Origin: Spirochaetota bacterium
GTDB taxonomy: Bacteria > Spirochaetota > UBA4802 > UBA5550
NCBI GenBank assembly: GCA_963664815.2
Contig: CAXXHB010000003.1
Coordinates: forward strand, 3,552,001 to 3,616,000
Reading direction: 5' to 3'
Length of the DNA: 64,000 nt
Part shown: one piece after another, positions 8,569-18,375 of the stretch
Numbering within the stretch: the stretch's first letter is position 1
Layout: each line of letters starts with the position of its first letter
Program-made: the position numbers and the translations under genes
Notes under the pieces: generated by a model
Told to the model about the DNA's origin: nothing
Seen by the model: the letters and a program-made list of their open reading frames with translations, nothing else
Databases searched by the model: none

Positions 8569-10094
8569 CCATGTCCATGCGGTTCCATGCGGGATTTGCC
8601 TATATCAAGCCTATCACTTACAAAATATGTATGAGTGAGATTAACAAGCCATACCCACGGCGCATCTCCCTTCATTGCAAAACCGGTTTTACCGTCCCAC
8701 TGAGCAAGCTTCCAGTATTTAATTGAATCTTCAAATGAAGAGGCGTTCATTGCCATGTCAAAATACTTATCAACTTTTTCATTACTGTAATAACCGCAGT
8801 TATTATATTCAATGCCGGCCTGGCTGCTGTGAAAGAGGCCATACATCTCAAGAGGGTTATGGCTTCCCCAGCCGAAGAGTACAGCCACAGCGTGGTCCAT
8901 TGTGTCTATCTCATCCCAGGTTTTGCCCTCAATGTTTATTTTAATGCCGATCTTTTTAGCCTGATCAGCCACCGCAACGGCAAGATTCTGCCTGATGCTG
9001 TCTGACGATTCGTAGACAAGCTTAAATTCAGCTTTCAGCCCTTTTCTTTCAAGAATGCCATCCTTGTCGCTGTCTCCCCATCCGTCGCTTCTGAGTACCT
9101 TTTTTGCCTCTTCAATTTTGCCCGATTCAATCCTCCCTGAAACTTCATCCCAGGGAAGTCCGTCGACTACCCCGTAAGCTGGTGTCCCGTAGCCTTCAAG
9201 GATACCTTTTACAAGAATATTCCGGTCTATACCTAAATTAAGGGCTTTTCTTATTGAAAGGACTGATGTTACATTGTTGCCGATTGGGTACCCCTTATCG
9301 GTTTTCTTTCCTGTATCAGGGACGCATGGGAGCATAATCCCCCTGTTGTCAACGCTCTTAACGGGATGAAGTGTCATACCGTTTACTTTCTGAATCGCAA
9401 GCGACTGTGGTACCGCGACTATGTCAGCCTTCCCGGACTTCGCGGCTGCAAACGCGGCGTCTTCGCTTAAAAATAAAAATACTACGCTTTTTATTGCAGG
9501 TTTCTTTCCATAATAATAAGGATTCTCCTCTATTATCATCTGCTCCCCCTCCTGCAGGCTTACCATTTTGTAAAGACCTGAACCTATGGGGTTTCTGCTG
9601 TACTTATCATTATAGAGATGTTCGGGGACAATACCAAGCGTTATGAGATGGTCAATGAACGTGATATCAGGTTTTTTCAGTCGTAATTCAAGATCGTAGT
9701 CGCCAATCTTTACAGCCTTCTCCATTGAAGTCATATCAACCCTGGCCCCGGATGACGCAGCTTTATTAAATGTAAAAACAACATCATTTGCTGTCAGAGG
9801 TTTTCCATCGGAAAACTTTGCGTCGCGTCTGATGCTTATTTTCCATACACGTTTATTATCCGAAAGAGAATAAACAGTGGCCAGATCCTTTACTATTTTC
9901 AGGTCGTTATCCCTTTTAAGTATCGTGCTGTGAAACAGTGAATTACCGTACCTTCCCCAGCCTGTAACAGGATCATATCCCTCCCTGTTATCTTCAGCGA
10001 TAGCAATCACAAGCTGATCCTTTGATCTTTGCGAACAGCCTACTGCACATAAAAACATTAAAATACAGAGTAAACATACCTTTGCCTTAGACAT
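8520..10094 (-). CDS. ABC transporter substrate-binding lipoprotein, family 5 (NikA/DppA/OppA-like, probably Ni/Co)
   Basis: Lipobox AVGC; KFSDGKPLTANDVVFT; PIGSG.YK; C-terminal EPHGHGWP. Confidence 0.9.
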   Translation of the reverse strand: MSKAKVCLLCILMFLCAVGCSQRSKDQLVIAIAEDNREGYDPVTGWGRYGNSLFHSTILKRDNDLKIVKDLATVYSLSDNKRVWKISIRRDAKFSDGKPLTANDVVFTFNKAASSGARVDMTSMEKAVKIGDYDLELRLKKPDITFIDHLITLGIVPEHLYNDKYSRNPIGSGLYKMVSLQEGEQMIIEENPYYYGKKPAIKSVVFLFLSEDAAFAAAKSGKADIVAVPQSLAIQKVNGMTLHPVKSVDNRGIMLPCVPDTGKKTDKGYPIGNNVTSVLSIRKALNLGIDRNILVKGILEGYGTPAYGVVDGLPWDEVSGRIESGKIEEAKKVLRSDGWGDSDKDGILERKGLKAEFKLVYESSDSIRQNLAVAVADQAKKIGIKINIEGKTWDEIDTMDHAVAVLFGWGSHNPLEMYGLFHSSQAGIEYNNCGYYSNEKVDKYFDMAMNASSFEDSIKYWKLAQWDGKTGFAMKGDAPWVWLVNLTHTYFVSDRLDIGKSRMEPHGHGWPLTSNINEWKWINR

Positions 10095-10650
10095 TGAACT
10101 CCCCCCGTGTTATTATTGTGATACAAAAATCAGTGTGTTATTTTTTATTTTATAATATTATCATGTCAATATAAATATCATTATTGTATACATCATATGC
10201 GATTATAAAACATAATGGATATGACATGATACCCCGTTTAAATTTTTCGATTTATCCCCGGAAATGATAAAAGAACGCCGCTTTTAACTTACAATATTGA
10301 ATTCATTTTTATGCATATTGATGGATTATACTTTGAGATTATGGCTTGATTACTCTCGGAGAGATTTTTAAAACAATATTTTCTGTCTATTTATGTTGTA
10401 CCTCTCTTCATATCTATGAACAGGATAATTACGGTATAAGTAAAAACGGCTGAATCCGAAACAGTACCCGCATCCATATTCCTGTCAGCCCGAAAAATTC
10501 TGAAAATATAACAATCTGTCTGGTTAAAGTAAGAATTATTGATCTCCTCGGTTTACTGAAGACCTGAAAATATCCATAAGCGCAAATATATAAACTCGCG
10601 TAAGACACTATTAATAGAAAAATACGCATTTTTCGAAATGTTCAATACAT

Positions 10651-10745
10651 TGCCATTTCAAACGACGTTGCTCAGTAGAAGTGTGAGAAATCTAAAATTT
10701 AATGTAAAAAACCGATTTCTCAGTCGCTATCGCTTCTTCGAAATG
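10651..10745. repeat. REP/REPIN-like inverted-repeat element, interrupted at its right end by IS110
   Basis: tgccatttcaaa...gagaaatc / gatttctc...ttcgaaatg; the missing terminal aca lies at 11600-11602, beyond the IS. Confidence 0.65.
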
Positions 10746-10767
10746 TACTGTGTTTCAGTACAAGCTT

Positions 10768-11367
10768 TTAGTTTATACTGAAACAATTTGGATCATAACC
10801 TCTATTATATTTAACGATAGCAAAAACCTGACGGATCAGTTTGTTTGCCACTGCAATAAGCGCGACTTTTTATCCTTACCTTTCTCCAGCATCCGTCTAT
10901 ATAATCTAATACAATCCGAATTATACTTGGATGCTGATAATGCTGCCAGACGATTCTTGTTTTGAATTTTTTGTTTGCTGTAAATCATCAATCGTATTCA
11001 AAAAAGCCTTTTTTTCTGCCGATTTTCTGAAATTTCTTTATACGGAAACGGTTTCTCTTAGAATCCACTTTATCGGTTTTAGCACGCATCATTTTCATAT
11101 CGGCATAACGCTTCACAATCAATGGATTTACAATAGACACGATATATCCCTTCTTGTTTTAAAAAACTCAGCGAGTCGCTGGTGATACACTCCTGCTGCT
11201 TCCATCGTTAAAATATACTCCTCGATATTACCTTTCCGGCTTTTTCTGTATACCTGTTCAAAGCCCATCTTCGAATTTTCAACCTGGAAATGTTCAATCT
11301 TATTTCCATCAAAAAAAGTCACATCAACTGTTTTCTTCGATACATCAAATCCGATTGACATTTTCAT
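10768..11367 (-). pseudogene. IS110 recombinase/transposase pseudogene
   Basis: MKMSIGFDVSK...MEAAGVYH (RuvC-like DEDD domain), then frameshifted NPLIVKRYA...KTDKVDS, joined to C-terminal ALSASKYN..C..LY.R...KGK/KVALIAVANKLIRQVFAIVK; central part absent. Confidence 0.9.
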
Positions 11368-11400
11368 AGAACCCCCCATATAGTGTTGTTACGCATGATT

Positions 11401-11587
11401 GAGGGTATGATCTCTTCTCTTGCATCGCATGATACAGGCTTTATGCCTAATGTACTGCTCAGAGTAGAGATGGAAGACGGTGGGATTAACATTTCGAACG
11501 GTCTTTTGACCTATAACAAAAATAATCTTTTCCCCAGTCTTTATACCCCTCTTTGCATTTCGGTTTTGAGGGACTTCTCCTGAAACC
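11401..11587 (-). ncRNA. IS110 bridge RNA (target- and donor-binding loops)
   Basis: Two stem-closed internal loops with inner hairpins, whose guide segments match this element's own target (TGTCAT|TTCGAA) and donor junction (CAGTACAT|CGTAT). Confidence 0.8.
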
Positions 11588-11926
11588 CAACATACGATGA
11601 CATATTAATGCACTAAATCAATCATAAAGAGCTATCGTTTAAAAAACAAATCACAGTAAATTAAATACAGGAGTGTGGGGGGGGGATACTGCTGCATAAT
11701 ATTTTAATGCTGTTAATATACGGGAGAACATCCTGCATGCAGAGGATCCTCCTGTATATAACAAACATGGAACATAATAAATCAGGCTTTCTGTTCCTCT
11801 TTCACCTCGAAACCGGGAACTGTACCCCATATTGCCGGTTTTAACAGTAAGAATTAAAAAAGATCATTAACCATAACATTTTAACAATCCCTTCTTTCCA
11901 GAAAATTGTTAAAATGTTGATTCCTG

Positions 11927-12187
11927 TCAATGTTTATGGTCATGTTTCTCATTTTCATGAGCCGGATGAACATGTTCATGCTGTCCATGCTCTCCATCAT
12001 GAGTATGACTATGCATATTTTCACTCACATCATGTGAATGAGGATGTTTGTGTTCATGTTCATGTTCATGTTCATGTTCATGTTCATGACCGTGTGCATG
12101 TTTTTCCCCGTTATGCTCGTGTTCATGTTCATGTTCGTGTTTATGCTTGTGATCATGAAGATGTTTATGTTCGTGGTCGCCCTTCAT
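11927..12187 (-). CDS. His-rich 86-aa protein, putative Ni/Co/Zn storage protein or chaperone
   Basis: AGGAGG RBS before ATG 12187; (HE/HK)n runs, about 34 His in 86 aa. Confidence 0.75.
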   Translation of the reverse strand: MKGDHEHKHLHDHKHKHEHEHEHEHNGEKHAHGHEHEHEHEHEHEHKHPHSHDVSENMHSHTHDGEHGQHEHVHPAHENEKHDHKH

Positions 12188-12336
12188 AACATTCCTCCTG
12201 CTTTTTTTTAAATTTATTACTGATATAATTACCGGCATCCGTATTAATCCGTATACTGCTTTAAATAAAGATACTTCTCAATTATAAAAAGTCAATATAT
12301 AATACTGATATATTTTTAAAACATGTCAATACCAGA

Positions 12337-14343
12337 CTAAAACTTTATCCTTCCATCAATGGGAAGAACAATTGTAAAAACCGCACCGCATCCGGGGGAG
12401 CTTGATACTTCAATTGTTCCATGATGCTGTTCAATAATACCATATATTACCGCCAGGCCAAGCCCGGTACCCTTGCCGGCCTCTTTTGTTGTGAAGAATG
12501 GATCAAATATTTTATTTATAATATCCTCATTTATTCCCATACCGGTATCTTCCACGGTAACTATGATATTACGTTCTTCATCATCAAGTTTTGTAGTTAT
12601 GTTAAGATTACCCCCCGACGGCATTGCATGTGCGGCATTCTCTGCAAGATTATTGAAAACAGACCTCATCTGGCTTACATCAATCTCTGTCATCGGTACC
12701 CGGTCGGAAAGGTTTATGTTCATATGAATATTCTGAAATGTCATATGCTTTTCCAGAATAGAAACAGTCTCTCTTATCACATCGTTAATATTGGCAGCTA
12801 TTTTTTCAACGGATGTATTTCTTGCAAAATCGAGGAGTCCCTTGACAATCTTCCGGCATCTCATCGCCTCATTAATTATGACATCAAGATCTTCTTCAAA
12901 ATTACTCCCCTTCATATCCTCTTTCATGATACTTGAATAAGTGAGAACCCCGGTAAGCGGGTTATTGATTTCATGCGCTATCCCTGACGCCATTCGTCCC
13001 AGGGATGCAAGTTTCTCGGACTGAATCATAGCCCTTTTTGCTTTAAGAATCTCCTCATATGATACCGCAAGCTCCGATGCTGTTTTTTTCAGTTTCTCAA
13101 TTGTAAAGGGGAGACACATCTCGTTTTCTGCAAGTCCCTTATGTATTGCAGTAGCATGCTCGATGCAGGTGTCATACCCGCAGGCGCCGCAGTTTAATTC
13201 ATCCTTGAGAGAGTATTTCCCCATACGCATGAGTATTTCCCTGAGCTCCATACTGTTAGGGGATGGGACCCTGTGATCATCTTCACTGAATTTTGCGGAA
13301 AGATCGAGACCCGATAACTCATCAAACACCTGTTTGTATTTATCCTTATCAATCTCCCTGTGCCTTTTCTGTGCAAATGCGCTTACATAGCCCCGCTTTG
13401 TGTAAAGAGGCATATCATGCGACATCCCTGAACCGGAAATACATCCTTCACAGCAGTTGAGTTCAAGTAAAACAGTATTGTGCTTAACTGTTTCATATTC
13501 CTTTATTGCATGAATAAACTGTTTATGCCCGGCCGAAGTAACAATATCCATTGAAAGAAAGTTCTCATGAAGACCCGACGCCTGCAGCAGCCCGCCGCCT
13601 ATCGGATAAAGTGTTCCCCGTCCTCCATGCGGCGGATCAAACTCGGAGCGTTCAACGCTGCCGTGCTCTATCCCCTTCAGATCAAACAGCTCCCTGAGTT
13701 CCCGAAACGTAAGAACCTCATCAATATCACGTTCTATATCCGGTCTTACAGCTTCATCTTTCTTTGCAATACAGGGTCCTATAAATACTGTTTTAAGATT
13801 ATCACCGTAAATTTTATGGACAGCTCTTGCTGCGGCGACCATCGGTGAAACAATAGGCGCAAGATTCTTTACAAGGGACGGATGGTACTTTTCAATATAA
13901 AAAACAATGGCAGGGCATGTGGTGCCGATAAAACTTTTATCCCTGTTGTTTCTGTAAAGCTCCCTGTATTTTTCGGAAACAAGGTCTGCACCGAAAGCCA
14001 CCTCAATTACATAATCAAACCCGAGCTTGCGGAGCATTCCTACAAAGATTTTATAACTGATATTAAAGAACTCGGCGGGAAAACTTGGTGCAACAAGTGC
14101 GACAGTCTTTTCCTTTCCCTCAAGAAAGGTCAAAACGTCATTTTTTGAATTCCGGACGATCTTTGCATTCTGAGAACAGACTTTTACACAGTTCCCGCAG
14201 CCTATGCATCTGTCCGCAATAACCTCAGCCTGCCCTCCCGATATACGTATAGCCTTTGCCGGGCATTCACGTACGCATGAGTAGCACATTTTGCACTGCT
14301 CTTTCAATGTTTTTACAAGGGGTATATCAGTTCTTCCGGTCAT
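12337..14343 (-). CDS. Sensory [FeFe]-hydrogenase (group C)-histidine kinase fusion
   Basis: Two N-terminal CxxCxxCxxxC ferredoxin motifs; H-cluster motifs [24 protein letters not shown]; FeS motif NCGACGY.TC; HisKA HEINNPL; HATPase DTG.G / GTGLGL. Confidence 0.9.
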   Translation of the reverse strand: MTGRTDIPLVKTLKEQCKMCYSCVRECPAKAIRISGGQAEVIADRCIGCGNCVKVCSQNAKIVRNSKNDVLTFLEGKEKTVALVAPSFPAEFFNISYKIFVGMLRKLGFDYVIEVAFGADLVSEKYRELYRNNRDKSFIGTTCPAIVFYIEKYHPSLVKNLAPIVSPMVAAARAVHKIYGDNLKTVFIGPCIAKKDEAVRPDIERDIDEVLTFRELRELFDLKGIEHGSVERSEFDPPHGGRGTLYPIGGGLLQASGLHENFLSMDIVTSAGHKQFIHAIKEYETVKHNTVLLELNCCEGCISGSGMSHDMPLYTKRGYVSAFAQKRHREIDKDKYKQVFDELSGLDLSAKFSEDDHRVPSPNSMELREILMRMGKYSLKDELNCGACGYDTCIEHATAIHKGLAENEMCLPFTIEKLKKTASELAVSYEEILKAKRAMIQSEKLASLGRMASGIAHEINNPLTGVLTYSSIMKEDMKGSNFEEDLDVIINEAMRCRKIVKGLLDFARNTSVEKIAANINDVIRETVSILEKHMTFQNIHMNINLSDRVPMTEIDVSQMRSVFNNLAENAAHAMPSGGNLNITTKLDDEERNIIVTVEDTGMGINEDIINKIFDPFFTTKEAGKGTGLGLAVIYGIIEQHHGTIEVSSSPGCGAVFTIVLPIDGRIKF

Positions 14344-14619
14344 ATAATTATTTGTCTTTTATCCTGTCTGTCCTGTGTTTTCCGCATTTTCTGTTTTATA
14401 AAAACATACTCTAATTATTCAGCCAATTTATTGTCAAACAAAAACACTGAAGTGTATGGGTCTTTATTGTATTGATTGTTACCGATTAAATCTCACCCGG
14501 TTAAAATTCAGCTCTATTATCATCACTTCAGATATGCCGAATCTGAATATTAAAAAAAAATTGACTCAATCATATTTAATCATATACTCGTAGAATAAAC
14601 ATATTACAGGATAACATTA

Positions 14620-16218
14620 ATGAAAAATGAACTTCTCAACGATATAGTAAACAATTTCTTTACATGCAACAGGGATGAGATAGTACAGATAATAACCGAA
14701 TTAATCAACACCCTTGCTGCGGAGGAAACAATATCCGCATCAGATCTCATGTCGAGAAATTATGATACGGCTCAGTCAAATCCTGAAATTCATTATATCC
14801 CGGGAAATCTTAAAGACGCGCGCGATGCGATATTCCCCTATTTCTGGGGTACTGACGGATGGTCTTCAAATCTTCACTTGGAAAATGTCAAAGGTCCGGC
14901 CAACTATGCGTCGCTGATAGGGTCAATAGCATGTCTCCTTAAAAATCCGAACCTCTGCGTTGATACATACAGCCAGCGTTCAAACGAGCTTGAACTGAAG
15001 GCGATAACAGCCCTTGCAAACCTTGTATTTTACCACACCGCCAACCCCTGGGGAATATTCACGATGGGGGGAACAATTTCCAATCTGTACGGAGGTAAAA
15101 TAGGTATAGAAAAAATTCATCCCGGCGCCATGAAGCATGGTCTTAACGGGATTAAGATGGCCGGAATAGTATCTGAAGCGGCCCATTATTCAAACATGAC
15201 TCTGGCCGGCTGGCTCGGACTCGGAACAGAAAATCTCCACTCTATCCCTACAGACAGCTCCTGCTCTATGGATCTTGATCTCCTCGGGGAAAAGATTGAG
15301 AACCTGTACAGTTCGAATATATCTATCCCTTTTGTGATAGCAACATTCGGAAGTACTGATGCATTCGGTATTGACGATATATCGGGAATAAGAAAAATCA
15401 TAGATGAAAAGAGCGCCAGATACAATATGCCGGTACCGCAGCTGCATGTTGATGCGGCGGCCGGATGGTCGCTCTGCCTGCTTAATGAATATAACATTGA
15501 ATCAAATGAATTCTGTCTAAGCCCCGAGGTTATCTCTGTCATTGAACGTTTAAGAAAATTATCCATGGGAATTCAGCATGCAGATTCAGTGACGCTGGAT
15601 TTCCATAAAATGGGATGGGGGCACTACCCCTCAAGCGCTTTTATAGTAAATAACAGGGATGACCTGAAATATCTCTTCAGGACAATGGACCAGATCCCGT
15701 ATTTTTCCGAGGCCGACTACAGGCATGACCCGGCACTATTCACTCTTGAAACGTCCCGGCCAGGAATAGGGCCATACTCTGTCATGGCCAGCCTTAACGG
15801 CATAGGACTGCAGGGATTTCAGACACTGGTCGCCCATTCCCTGGAGATGACATCTCTTCTCAGGGCAAGGCTTGCAGAGCTTGATTACTGTCGCGTACTG
15901 AATGACAGATGCCTTGGACCAAGCGTTGTATTCTGGGTACTGCCGAAAGGTAGAAATGCAGAGGAGATATATAACAGGCTTATTAATAATGAACTTACCG
16001 AAAAGGAATACTCCAGGTATTTTGCCGAGATTCACAGGTTGTTTGAAAAAAGAAAGAACTCTGCCAATCCGTCAATTGATGCAAACTTAAGCTTTACCAC
16101 ATCAATGGGATACAACCCGAAGGGGATTTCAATACCTGCATGGAAGGGTGTTTTCTTTAATCCGAAAACCGATGAAAATGTAGTAAGGCAGATTATCAGG
16201 AGCATCGAGGAACTGTAA
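14620..16218 (+). CDS. PLP-dependent decarboxylase (group II)
   Basis: GIFTMGGTISN, AHYS, HVDAAAG, DSVTLDFHK (PLP-binding Lys). Confidence 0.88.
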   Translation: MKNELLNDIVNNFFTCNRDEIVQIITELINTLAAEETISASDLMSRNYDTAQSNPEIHYIPGNLKDARDAIFPYFWGTDGWSSNLHLENVKGPANYASLIGSIACLLKNPNLCVDTYSQRSNELELKAITALANLVFYHTANPWGIFTMGGTISNLYGGKIGIEKIHPGAMKHGLNGIKMAGIVSEAAHYSNMTLAGWLGLGTENLHSIPTDSSCSMDLDLLGEKIENLYSSNISIPFVIATFGSTDAFGIDDISGIRKIIDEKSARYNMPVPQLHVDAAAGWSLCLLNEYNIESNEFCLSPEVISVIERLRKLSMGIQHADSVTLDFHKMGWGHYPSSAFIVNNRDDLKYLFRTMDQIPYFSEADYRHDPALFTLETSRPGIGPYSVMASLNGIGLQGFQTLVAHSLEMTSLLRARLAELDYCRVLNDRCLGPSVVFWVLPKGRNAEEIYNRLINNELTEKEYSRYFAEIHRLFEKRKNSANPSIDANLSFTTSMGYNPKGISIPAWKGVFFNPKTDENVVRQIIRSIEEL

Positions 16219-17155
16219 CAGTTTTATCCCTGAACATCTTTATCTTTGCAATATCTGACGGCCCCGTTCTGCAGCACCCCCCTATCAATCTGGCGCCTTT
16301 GCCATACCACTCCCCGGCAAGTCTGTAGAAATCATTTGCATCATGGTCATCCTCCCAGCATGAACAGCCGGTGTGAAAATGTTCTCCCGAGTTCGGATAT
16401 ACGATAAAATTTTTTTTAAACTCAGGTTCAAGAGAATCAAGTATTGGTGTAATAAACTCCGGCGATGAACAATTAATTCCTGCAGCTGCAAGATTTTTTC
16501 TCCCCCGGAGCAGCCTCATACACTCCCTGAAATCATCCCCCTGGCTTGTGCTTACAGAATCCCTGACAGTAAATGCTATCCAGTACTGAATGCCGTTATA
16601 ATCATCCATAAGTTCAGCAACGGCAGCAGCCTCCTCCATCGAAGGGAATGTTTCGAAAGCTATAATCCCGGCCCCAGCCTCTGCAAGTATATCAACTCTT
16701 TCCCTGTGAAAATTTTTATAACCCTCAATATCAAGATGGTAATCCCCTCTGTACTCGGATCCGTCAGCAAGGTATGCACCGTAACATCCGGCAGATGCAG
16801 CCATGAAGGGATCAGGTCTGTTATTCATATCCGGGGACAATTCATGAAAAAGCTTTATTGTTTCATCGGCGATCTTTACCGACATGGCAATCAGTTCAAC
16901 GGCCTCTTTTCCGGAGTATCCGGCCGAGATAAAACCGGGAACTGTAGCCTGGTATGATGAAGAGATAATACAGTCAGCACCGGCAATCAGATACGACATA
17001 TGAACATCCCTGATTGCACCGGGAGCCTGTGCAATAATCTTTGCTGACCATAACCGGTCATTGAGGTTAAATCCTTTTTTTTCAAGCTCGGTAGCGAACC
17101 CACCGTCAATAATTATAAAAGGATAATCCTTTAATATTTTTTCAATTCTATTCAT
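16196..17155 (-). CDS. mmuM: Homocysteine S-methyltransferase
   Basis: IIDGGFATELE, LWSA, SSYQA, YGAYLADGSEYRG, GINC, YPNSGE, IGGCCRTGP. Confidence 0.92.
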   Translation of the reverse strand: MNRIEKILKDYPFIIIDGGFATELEKKGFNLNDRLWSAKIIAQAPGAIRDVHMSYLIAGADCIISSSYQATVPGFISAGYSGKEAVELIAMSVKIADETIKLFHELSPDMNNRPDPFMAASAGCYGAYLADGSEYRGDYHLDIEGYKNFHRERVDILAEAGAGIIAFETFPSMEEAAAVAELMDDYNGIQYWIAFTVRDSVSTSQGDDFRECMRLLRGRKNLAAAGINCSSPEFITPILDSLEPEFKKNFIVYPNSGEHFHTGCSCWEDDHDANDFYRLAGEWYGKGARLIGGCCRTGPSDIAKIKMFRDKTVTVPRCS

Positions 17156-17675
17156 ATATCCTTTTCCCGTTTCCAGTCTGTAATTTCTAATCCGAAGCTA
17201 TACACCCCTCGGGACGAATTTAGGAAGATTTTAAACAACTCTTTTCCCGTATTTATTCTTCTGTAATCAATATATTATGACTAATCATATTATCAGATTT
17301 ATTTAATAAAAAAATATCTTAATTGAATAATTAATCACTGCTATGAAAAGAAAATTGCCCTGAAGTAAATTAATACTTCAGGACAGAGGAGAGTACAATG
17401 AAAAAGTTTAATACGTATTATGTACATGATAATGACTTTTGTTACAAACATTTTCAAATGCTTGAATATTTTTCAGTAATAAGATCTCTCCGCCTCATTC
17501 AGCTTCTATGAAAATAGAACATTTTCTATGAAAAAAAATTCAGGAATTACTATTGAATTAAATTTATGAATTGCATTACCGGAAGAAATGTATTAATATC
17601 TATATTCAGGTATCTGAACAGCTTGTTATATAAAAGACTGTGGGAAAAACTTATAAACATTATGAGGAAACAGAA

Positions 17676-17981
17676 ATGGAAGATATAATTTTTATAAAAG
17701 AAGAAGGAACAAAGAACATGGGTGACATAAAAGTTTATGCCCTGTCAACATGTGCATTCTGTAAAAAAGCCCTGAAATTTCTGAGAGAAAATTCAATCTC
17801 TTTCAGTTATGTGTATATTGATGAATTCGATTTTGATAAAAAAAGCAGAATCAAGAATGGACTCAGAGAAAAATATAAAAAAGATATAGGCTTCCCGTTT
17901 CTTGTACTTGACGGTGAAAAAATAATTATAGGGTTTACTGAGGCTGATTATATTAAAACCTTTATCGAGGGTCAGCAGTAA
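17676..17981 (+). CDS. Glutaredoxin/NrdH-like redoxin
   Basis: YALSTCAFCKK (CxxC) and GFPFL (cis-Pro); start at 17676 or 17718. Confidence 0.85.
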   Translation: MEDIIFIKEEGTKNMGDIKVYALSTCAFCKKALKFLRENSISFSYVYIDEFDFDKKSRIKNGLREKYKKDIGFPFLVLDGEKIIIGFTEADYIKTFIEGQQ

Positions 17982-18313
17982 TGAAAACAAAATCATATGA
18001 CGATGTGTCTCTTTTTATCTCAATGGTAGCAGGCAGGAATAACTGGAGGCAGAACAGGGATAAGGAACATATAGAAATCATCACCGAAGGACTGATGAAA
18101 AACTACAACAGGTACGGTTACTTTTCATGCCCGTGCCGTGATGCAGACGGAGTGCGCGATAAAGACAAAGACATTATCTGTCCATGCAGTTACTGCATTC
18201 CGGACCAGGAGGAATACGGCCATTGCTACTGCGGGCTCTATCTTACAGAAGAATTTTTTAATACTGGCAGTGACCCGAAATCAATTCCGGAGAGAAGGAG
18301 AGAACTGCCATAG
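17981..18313 (+). CDS. Ferredoxin-thioredoxin reductase catalytic-subunit-like protein
   Basis: CPCR, DIICPC, GHCYCGLY motifs. Confidence 0.92.
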   Translation: MKTKSYDDVSLFISMVAGRNNWRQNRDKEHIEIITEGLMKNYNRYGYFSCPCRDADGVRDKDKDIICPCSYCIPDQEEYGHCYCGLYLTEEFFNTGSDPKSIPERRRELP

Positions 18314-18375
18314 GACAATCCTTCCCCATCTCATCATGGGGAAGGCGGCACACCGGCGCCTGATGGTGAGAATCT

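Larger units (their letters stand above)
10743..11599 (-). mobile_element. IS110-family element, internally deleted (non-autonomous)
   Basis: ATG/CAT core at both 10743-10745 and 11597-11599; DEDD recombinase remnant; structured non-coding left end. Confidence 0.85.

Noticed and set aside
10107-10160. NikR operator upstream of the substrate-binding gene
   Set aside because: GTGTTA half-sites are present, but the partner half-site and spacing are imperfect in very AT-rich DNA
11383-11583. 66-aa plus-strand ORF
   Set aside because: Coincides with the antisense of the bridge RNA; no RBS or protein features
11700-11850. Cobalamin or NiCo riboswitch upstream of the ABC importer
   Set aside because: Hairpins are present (11711-11763, about 11810-11843) but I could not find the B12 box or other conserved cores; an Infernal scan would settle it
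11914-12189. Plus-strand (HV)n ORF
   Set aside because: Antisense shadow of the catgaa repeat; the minus-strand frame has the AGGAGG RBS
17160-17400. SAM riboswitch upstream of mmuM
   Set aside because: A terminator-like hairpin exists, but no SAM-I core (AUC..GAG / GCAACC / GAU) was recognised
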